Below are positions 35,207-41,022 of a DNA stretch of 41,022 bases, in pieces. The notes under the pieces were generated by a model. That model worked only from the letters and a program-made list of their open reading frames with translations, did no database searches and was not told the DNA's origin. Numbering within the stretch: the first letter of the stretch is position 1; each line of letters begins with the position of its first letter. Made by a program: the position numbers and the translations under genes. This DNA is from Candidatus Bathyarchaeota archaeon (GTDB taxonomy: Archaea; Thermoproteota; Bathyarchaeia; Bathyarchaeales; Bathycorpusculaceae): the NCBI GenBank assembly GCA_030017755.1, contig JASEJA010000003.1:2550-43571 (forward strand). The letters are read 5' to 3'.

Positions 35207-35905
35207 TCATATTCTTTCTATAACATATAATTCAGCCACAAACTCGTGTTTCTTTTTTGTATGAAAGGAAAACATATGCGGAATCGCCATAACTGTGGCG
35301 TAAACAGCCCTAATTTTCCCACCATGCGCCTCTATAAACCTTTTAAAGAAAGATGAAGGACCGATTAGCATAACACCGTTTTTTCTGGCTTTTAATCTTT
35401 TAACAAATGCTTTATCCTTATGGGGGCCTTTGTGAAGCGAATAAACAACTTTGCCCGTCTCAAGAGCTTTTTTGAGAAACTTTCGGTCAGCCTTTGGTTT
35501 TTGCACACCAAAAGGCGGATTTTGCAAAACAGTGTCAAATTTTCCATGAATAACGTCCACGTCTCCAATAATCCATTCTACCTTTCCTTTCATGTTTGCT
35601 TTCAAAGAATTTTCAAAAGCCATCCTCACTGCACTTTTGTCTATGTCTACACCTACAACATGTTTTGCACCAAGAAAAGCGGCGCCAAGAGCAAGCCTCC
35701 CAGCGCCACATCCCAAATCCAAAACTGTTTTGTTAATAATATCATTGTATGCGTAGGCTGCCAGGTAAAGTATTGTTGCTGCAACACCGGCTGGAATCGT
35801 ATACTGCTCAAGACTTGGTTTAGGGGTTGGAGGCGACTCAATCTGTGAAAGGAAAAGCTCCAAGTCTAGTTTTCGAACCAACCTTTTCTGCATAATTCTT
35901 CCCAT
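35207..35905 (-). CDS. METTL5-type rRNA N6-adenosine methyltransferase
   Basis: LEQYTIPAGVAATILYLA...VLDLGCGAGRLALGAAFLGAKHVVGVDID...LQNPPFG...VYSLHK aligns closely with my recollection of METTL5 (NPPF motif). The start may instead be ATG 35893. Confidence 0.75.
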   Translation of the reverse strand: MGRIMQKRLVRKLDLELFLSQIESPPTPKPSLEQYTIPAGVAATILYLAAYAYNDIINKTVLDLGCGAGRLALGAAFLGAKHVVGVDIDKSAVRMAFENSLKANMKGKVEWIIGDVDVIHGKFDTVLQNPPFGVQKPKADRKFLKKALETGKVVYSLHKGPHKDKAFVKRLKARKNGVMLIGPSSFFKRFIEAHGGKIRAVYATVMAIPHMFSFHTKKKHEFVAELYVIERI

Positions 35906-36867
35906 GACAATTCTCCAACAACTACTAAAGCTTCATTAATTGTCAACAATGGCTTTTTAAATCTTGAAGAATCATCAATTGAGACTCTCGGACAAGCAGT
36001 ATTCACGAAAGCATCAACCGAAGGAAATTCCATTAAAATTTCTGGAGAAATCTCTTTGACTGCTAAAAGACACGTTGTTTTCCCTTTATCTTCAAGCTTC
36101 TCCTTAATCATTAAGGCTTCTTCAAGTTTCCTTTGCCCAGGTTTTAATCCAACCAAAACTGCAAAGCTTTTCGCCCTTTCACCTTCTTGGATGCTTGCCC
36201 AACGTTGCTTAACTATTTTCTCTGCCTCTTCATTGACGGAAAAAACTCGTTTCTCGTAGGGGTCGGCGGCTATTGTTGGTTTTGAGGTGGCAAGGGCAAC
36301 TCCCAAGGCATGAAATCGCCCGCCTCCAATGAAAAGGAAGGCTTCGACACCCTCTGCTATTGATTTGGCGTTACTGTAATCGCAACCAACAACTTGTCCA
36401 GCATAATTTAAACGTCCAGCATCGCCAATTGCCACGATTTTTCCCGCCCGCAGCAGCATTTCCCTAACAATGTCGAGGGTTTGCACATGTTGAACCGTGG
36501 TTGTTAAACCTATTTTACGCCATTTTTCCAACATAGGCAACGCTTTTTCAACAACATCCTCTACGTTTAGCGTAGCCCTTGCTTCAACATAAATTGTCGG
36601 AACCCTTTCATACTTCAACATTTTTGAGTGCCCATAATGAATTATTAGATCAACACCCAAGGCTTCAGCATCCGCTGATGCTAGGTCGCAGGCGCCATAA
36701 CATGGATCCGCAGAAACTATTGGTAAGGCACCAGTTTTTTCAACAATTTTTGATAGGTATGGCGCTTCTGGTTTCAAGCCTTCGGGTAATTGAATTAGAA
36801 CCCGTTTTGCTCCAAGTTTGATTATTTCTTGTTTAATTCTTTCTTCTTCTAAATCAAACTGCTTCAT
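35866..36867 (-). CDS. dph2: 2-(3-amino-3-carboxypropyl)histidine synthase (diphthamide synthesis, Dph2)
   Basis: RVLIQLPEGLK, ADPCYGACD and HYGHS motifs of archaeal Dph2. Neighbourhood with the methylase, csl4 and rpo11. Confidence 0.85.
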   Translation of the reverse strand: MKQFDLEEERIKQEIIKLGAKRVLIQLPEGLKPEAPYLSKIVEKTGALPIVSADPCYGACDLASADAEALGVDLIIHYGHSKMLKYERVPTIYVEARATLNVEDVVEKALPMLEKWRKIGLTTTVQHVQTLDIVREMLLRAGKIVAIGDAGRLNYAGQVVGCDYSNAKSIAEGVEAFLFIGGGRFHALGVALATSKPTIAADPYEKRVFSVNEEAEKIVKQRWASIQEGERAKSFAVLVGLKPGQRKLEEALMIKEKLEDKGKTTCLLAVKEISPEILMEFPSVDAFVNTACPRVSIDDSSRFKKPLLTINEALVVVGELSWEELCRKGWFEN

Positions 36868-36931
36868 TTATGTCACATCCCAAAAAGCCACAAGCGTTTA
36901 AAAATGTATTAAAGAAGGGAGAAATAAGAAG

Positions 36932-39403
36932 TTATTCTTCTGTTTCATCCCACTGTGGCGTCCATTCCCAATCTTCTTTTGGCTTTCGAACAGAACGCCC
37001 AAAAGCCCTTTTCTTTTGCTCAGCAAGCTGTTCCAAGATTATCTTCTGTTCTATGCTTGCAACAAGCTTTTTCGTTGCAACTACCGCATCGTTATTTACA
37101 GATACGCTGTCAATTCCAGCCCTTACGAGAAATTCTGCGAAGTCGGGAAGGTTTGATGGACCTTCTCCACATATGGAAACTGTAGCGCCATTTTCATGAG
37201 CTACCTTGATTAGGTGGGCAATTATTCTTTTCACGGCTGGGTCTCTTTCGTCAAAGTATCCCATTTGTCCAAGACGTTCGGAGTCTCTGTCAATCATTAA
37301 GATGCCCTGAGTCATGTCGTTTGAGCCTATGGAAAAGCCATCGCATAGTTTTGAAAATTCATCTGCAAGAATGGCGATTGAGGGAGTTTCAGCCATAAAC
37401 CAAACTTTAAAATCTTTCGACCTTTCCAATCCTTCTTCTCGCATAATTTCCAAGACTTTTTTGGCTTCCCACACCGTGCGCACAACAGGAAGCATGACCC
37501 ACACGTTTTTGAGCCCCCATTCTTTGCGGCATTTCACTATTGCTTGACATTCAAGTCTGAAAGCTTTCTCATACCATGAGCTTATGTAGCGGCTGCAGCC
37601 TCTCCAACCAAGCATGGGATTTGCTTCAACAATTTCATATTTCTCGCCGCCCTTTAACTCTCTATACTCATTAGTCTTAAAATCGCTGAAACGCACAACA
37701 ACGGGGCGTGGTTGAATAGCCCTTGCAACAGTTGCTATTCCCTCTGCAAGCTTGTCCACGAATTTCTGGGATTGACCAGTTTCAATAAGGTATAATGGGT
37801 GTTCGCCTATGTAACTGGCTAGAATAAATTCGATGCGCATAAGCCCTATTCCTTCAAAGGGCAAATCCTTGTATTCCTCAATTTTTTCTGGAACACCCAA
37901 ATTCATGTAAATTTTCGTCGCTGTTACTGGCACAGATTGAAAACTTCCCGCTACAACATTTTGGCTTGAGAGAGAAACTCCAGATGCAGATGACAGCTGT
38001 TCTGTCAATGATGGGATTATTCCTTCATAAACAACACCGCTCCGCGAATCCACAGTGTATTCTTTACCGCTAACCATAAGCTTGGTAGCATTTTCCGTTC
38101 CCACAACACACGGTATGCCAAGTTCGCGGCTTACAATTGCCGCGTGGCATGTTACGCCCCCTTTATCTGTGACTATGGCGCTTGCAAGCTTCATGAAAGG
38201 CACATAATCAGGGTTAGTCATGTCTGTGACGAGAATGTCTCCTTTCTGCATTACTTTTGCAGCGTCTTGCGGGTTCAAAACAACCTTGGCTTTGCCTAAA
38301 CCGAAACCCCTTTTGCCAGCTGCAATTCCTTTAACAATAACTTTCAACTCTCCAGCAGGCTTAGCTTCAGCTTCAATTTTCGGGGCTTCTGCGATTTTTA
38401 AACTCCAAACTGTTTCGGGTCTGGACTGCACTATGAAAACGTTGTTTGGGAAGGGTAAGTCGCTGTCAATTGCCCATTCAATGTCTTGGGGTTTCCCATA
38501 ATGCTGTTCAATACGTTTGGCTAGTTCGGCAAGTTTGAGAATTTCCTCATCCGTTAGGCATGGTTGTTCCTGCTTTTCCAATGGCACTTCTACATGAACC
38601 GTTTTACCACTATTTGGGTCTCGGATATACTGCACTTTCTTCTTTGATATACGCCTCTCAATTATCCTCATGGTATTTTTGTCGACAATAAAATCGTCAG
38701 GAGTTACAGCTCCAGAAACAACAGCCTCTCCCAAACCGTAATTGCCCTCAATAACTATCTGGTTGGGGTCGCCAGTGACGGGATTTATTGTGAAAATGAC
38801 GCCCGCAGCTTTAGAATTCACCATCTTTTGAACCCCAACGCCTATTAAAACCTTTTCATGAGCGAAGCCTTTTTCAGTTCTGTAAAAAATCGCCCTCGGC
38901 GTGAAAAGGCTTGACCAACACTTAATAGTCTTTTCAAGAACCTCATCAATGCCTTTAACATTTAAGTATGTTTCTTGCTGTCCAGCGAAGGAAGCGTCTG
39001 GAAGGTCTTCGGCAGTGGCGCTTGAACGTACAGCCACAAAAACATCCTTAATCCTAAGCTTTTGGCATAATTCTTCGTAAGCAGATTTTATGGCATTCTC
39101 AATTTCTTTTGGCATTGGAGTTGACTCTACTAGTTCACGAATCTTCTTAGAAGCTATCTCATACTGCGCAGGATCGCTTGGATTAGTAACAGTTTTCCCT
39201 ATAATCTCATAAATTTTTGAGGCTATCCCAGTTTCTTCAATGAATTTTTTGTAGGAATAAGCGGTTATGGCAAAACCCGGTGGAACAGGTATGCCAAAGC
39301 TTGTCATTTCACCTAAGTTTGCGTTTTTTCCGCCCACAAGAGGAATGTCTGTTTTTCTTAGGTTCTCAAACCATATGACCAAATCTTTTCGCATCTCACT
39401 CAA
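36932..39403 (-). CDS. ppsA: Phosphoenolpyruvate synthase (pyruvate, water dikinase)
   Basis: GGKNANLGEM, VAVRSSATAEDLPDASFAGQQETYLN, the phosphohistidine block GGVTCHAAIVSRELGIPCVVG, and the PEP-utilising C-terminal domain FFSIGSNDMTQ-like (FSIGSNDMTQ). Confidence 0.95.
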   Translation of the reverse strand: MSEMRKDLVIWFENLRKTDIPLVGGKNANLGEMTSFGIPVPPGFAITAYSYKKFIEETGIASKIYEIIGKTVTNPSDPAQYEIASKKIRELVESTPMPKEIENAIKSAYEELCQKLRIKDVFVAVRSSATAEDLPDASFAGQQETYLNVKGIDEVLEKTIKCWSSLFTPRAIFYRTEKGFAHEKVLIGVGVQKMVNSKAAGVIFTINPVTGDPNQIVIEGNYGLGEAVVSGAVTPDDFIVDKNTMRIIERRISKKKVQYIRDPNSGKTVHVEVPLEKQEQPCLTDEEILKLAELAKRIEQHYGKPQDIEWAIDSDLPFPNNVFIVQSRPETVWSLKIAEAPKIEAEAKPAGELKVIVKGIAAGKRGFGLGKAKVVLNPQDAAKVMQKGDILVTDMTNPDYVPFMKLASAIVTDKGGVTCHAAIVSRELGIPCVVGTENATKLMVSGKEYTVDSRSGVVYEGIIPSLTEQLSSASGVSLSSQNVVAGSFQSVPVTATKIYMNLGVPEKIEEYKDLPFEGIGLMRIEFILASYIGEHPLYLIETGQSQKFVDKLAEGIATVARAIQPRPVVVRFSDFKTNEYRELKGGEKYEIVEANPMLGWRGCSRYISSWYEKAFRLECQAIVKCRKEWGLKNVWVMLPVVRTVWEAKKVLEIMREEGLERSKDFKVWFMAETPSIAILADEFSKLCDGFSIGSNDMTQGILMIDRDSERLGQMGYFDERDPAVKRIIAHLIKVAHENGATVSICGEGPSNLPDFAEFLVRAGIDSVSVNNDAVVATKKLVASIEQKIILEQLAEQKKRAFGRSVRKPKEDWEWTPQWDETEE

Positions 39404-39914
39404 CGGTTTTCACCTCTTCTACGGGTAGTTTTTCAATGACTATTCTGCATGGAATTGGAAGTTTGGCGCTCCCACGTTTTAAGGCTTCTTTAGCAGCGTC
39501 AACGCCATCAGCATTCACGTTCACTGTAACAATTGTTTGGTTGGGTTCTATTCGAGCTGCGGTTCCAATAGGTTTTCCAAAAGACCTTCTCATGCCATCT
39601 TGAAGACGATCTGCATGGGCGCCAAAAATCATTTTGTTTTCTCTAAGAATAACATGCGGGTAAGGATGAATATGTAATCGATAATTGTTTGTAAGTTTAT
39701 CCATCAAAACACGGTTTATTGCCACACGCGCCGCTTCTAATGCATTGTGGCGAACTTGAGCCCTTTCCAAAGCAATAAGTTTGGCTTCATATTCAAATTT
39801 TGCTTTAGAATCTCCCATAGTGAACTTGGTTATTTTAGGCGGCGGAAACCCCTTCACAAACTCTTTCCTAGTGTAGGGTTGCCCCTTAGAAGCTCTGTAA
39901 TTGCGTGCACGCAT
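39396..39914 (-). CDS. rpl10e: 50S ribosomal protein uL16 (L10e)
   Basis: MRARNYRASKGQPYTRKEF.KG.P..KI..F.MG matches L10e. The internal ATG is supported by an SD-like AGGAGAGGA and a TATA-like box upstream. Confidence 0.9.
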   Translation of the reverse strand: MRARNYRASKGQPYTRKEFVKGFPPPKITKFTMGDSKAKFEYEAKLIALERAQVRHNALEAARVAINRVLMDKLTNNYRLHIHPYPHVILRENKMIFGAHADRLQDGMRRSFGKPIGTAARIEPNQTIVTVNVNADGVDAAKEALKRGSAKLPIPCRIVIEKLPVEEVKTVE

Positions 39915-39949
39915 TTTAAATCCTCTCCTTTTGCATACCATAACCGTTA

Positions 39950-39957
39950 TATTTAAA
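39950..39957 (-). promoter_or_regulatory. TATA-like box (TTTAAATA on the minus strand) for the rpl10e-ppsA transcription unit
   Basis: The plus strand reads TATTTAAA at 39950-39957, 36 nt upstream of ATG 39914. This is too close to the longer ORF start (39941) to serve it. Confidence 0.4.
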
Positions 39958-40040
39958 TGATTTGTTGAACTCTCTTTTGGATTAAAGTTATGAATTCAAA
40001 ATCAATTTTCAAAATCAAATATACCCTTAAAATTTCACCT

Positions 40041-40562
40041 TCATGGCTGCAACCGTTTGTTTTTGAACCATGCCTTAGCAAGTTCATCATAATTTTTGAA
40101 AACGCTCTTCAAAATTGGAATATACATCTGCATTTCCTCATCAGTCAAATACTGAAATTGATACTCACCAGTATATGGAGAAGGCAAACCTTCGCGGGTT
40201 ACAAATTCAATGTGCATGAAGGGGTCTCCACGCTTAATTGTAATAGGACAACGGTCATTGCTCAAATTTACAAGTTCTAAGGCAAGTCTCCCAACAAATC
40301 CGCTGTGAACCTTTGCCGCATTCAAAAAGGACAAGCCCGTTCTGCCGTATTTGCTTTTAGCCGTCAAATGAGCCACATATTCTGGTGGAATGAAAACTAT
40401 TTCGTATGTTATTAGGTTTTTATGCTCCAAATAGTGAAGCGTGGTCTCCTCTTTCACTGTTAAGACATAGCTGTCTCCATCCAGCAAGTTATAGTCGTAC
40501 GGATATATGCATTTATACTTCTCAATAAGCTCCTTAAGTCTATCCTTACCCAAAACGCACAT
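40041..40562 (-). CDS. dcd: dCTP deaminase / dUTPase-superfamily protein
   Basis: LTAKSKYGRTGLSFLNAAKVHSGFVGRLALELVNLS...I.RGDPFMHIEF matches the Dcd pattern (R.G....a..vdpGf.G..tLE..N). Confidence 0.65.
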   Translation of the reverse strand: MCVLGKDRLKELIEKYKCIYPYDYNLLDGDSYVLTVKEETTLHYLEHKNLITYEIVFIPPEYVAHLTAKSKYGRTGLSFLNAAKVHSGFVGRLALELVNLSNDRCPITIKRGDPFMHIEFVTREGLPSPYTGEYQFQYLTDEEMQMYIPILKSVFKNYDELAKAWFKNKRLQP

Positions 40563-40752
40563 TACTACTACACCTCAAACTTTTCTACCAATACTGAAAC
40601 TCTCTCGTTATATAGCTTTTTAACACGATTATGTATGCACGTAAAAGGCATAATTTAATTCTGCAAAGCTTAATACACAAAAACGGAGAGGGGAGGTCTC
40701 GTATTGCAACAGAAAATCTCCAAACCAACATGAAAAATGTAGGAGTGCCTAA

Positions 40753-40944
40753 TTAAAAAGTGCCACGCTCACGCCTTATTGAATCTAAGGTTTCCCTAGC
40801 TTTAGAGTATTCAGCAAACAATTTAGAAAGCTTCTCGCATGGATACGCCGTGCAAAAGCCACAGTTTTCAACTTTCTTCTTTATTCCGCACTTTCTTATT
40901 TCACAAACATTGCAGCAAACAATTTGCGATAAAAGATGCGTGGA
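40753..40944 (-). pseudogene. DUF3795-like Cys-rich protein, 3' fragment without a start codon
   Basis: The minus-strand frame reads ...VCCNVCEIRKCGIKKKVENCGFCTAYPCEKLSKLFAEYSKARETLDSIRRERGTF*. This fits the C-terminal C..C.IR.C......C..C..YPC..L pattern of DUF3795 from memory. The frame is closed by TAA at 40945-40947, with no in-frame ATG or GTG, and no TTG until codon 44. Confidence 0.45.
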
Positions 40945-40958
40945 TTATTTTATATTAT

Positions 40959-41022
40959 TTATTTATTCAATATGCCACATCCAATACCCATATCAAGAAC
41001 AAAATCGCGCTCTCTAACCATT
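40959..41022 (-). other. Fragment resembling SAM-methyltransferase motif I, ending prematurely; runs off the window
   Basis: The minus strand reads (M)VRERDFVLDMGIGCGILNK*. VLDxGxGxG is motif I of class I methyltransferases, normally followed by >100 further residues. Very short, so weak. Confidence 0.25.

Noticed and set aside
35420-35848. 142-aa plus-strand ORF inside the METTL5-like gene
   Set aside because: It is an antisense shadow. The minus-strand frame has an unambiguous methyltransferase signature.
34256-36867. The rpo11-csl4-methylase-dph2 block as a new system
   Set aside because: This is the known second arm of the archaeal exosome-associated superoperon described from comparative genomics. 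It is reported as features only.
40760-41017. 85-aa plus-strand ORF at the right edge
   Set aside because: The opposite strand shows recognisable, though fragmentary, Cys-rich DUF3795-like and methyltransferase-like frames. The plus-strand peptide has no motif and runs through the AT-rich junction.
1-41022. CRISPR arrays, tRNA/rRNA genes, IS elements, integrases, prophage-like content
   Set aside because: No spaced direct repeats, no T-loop-like GGTTCGAAT-type motifs in the intergenic gaps, and no transposase- or integrase-like ORFs were seen. This rests on visual inspection only, so tRNAscan, Infernal and repeat finders should confirm it.

Overview
Archaeal chromosomal window, densely coded and moderately AT-rich by eye. 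It is mostly housekeeping genes. I recognise ribosomal proteins eS1, uS15, eS17 and uL16; RNA polymerase subunit Rpo11; exosome cap Csl4; Dph2; a METTL5-type methylase; KEOPS subunits Kae1, Bud32 and Pcc1; a RecJ/Cdc45-like nuclease; proteasome beta; SerS; PEP synthase; NAD genes nadC and nadM; F420 ligase CofE; and a TFE-beta-like factor. The TFE-beta-like factor hints at a TACK/Thermoproteota-type lineage, which is speculation only. Coordinates include stop codons. Several starts were moved to internal ATGs where a TATA-like box, an SD-like motif or family N-termini support it. I saw no transposase, integrase, CRISPR array, rRNA or tRNA, and no defence-island-like accessory region. That is based on a visual scan of the intergenic gaps only, not a covariance search. 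I do not claim a clear novel system. The best candidate for something under-described is the tightly packed six-gene plus-strand cluster at 1560-8234. It encodes an HdrC-like/NfnB(GltD)-like flavoprotein, an HdrA-MvhD fusion and a four-subunit 2-oxoacid:ferredoxin oxidoreductase in korDABG order, with no HdrB/CCG-domain gene present. This suggests a ferredoxin/NAD(P)H electron-bifurcating module coupled to 2-oxoacid oxidation or synthesis. Other points worth a second look: three decayed genes (a pxpA remnant with a perfect 19-bp tandem duplication, a frameshifted and 5'-truncated sugar-isomerase remnant, and abutting gene fragments at the right edge); a 446-bp ORF-poor gap next to a mini RNase III-like gene; tandem bPH-domain membrane paralogs; and several convergent gene overlaps.
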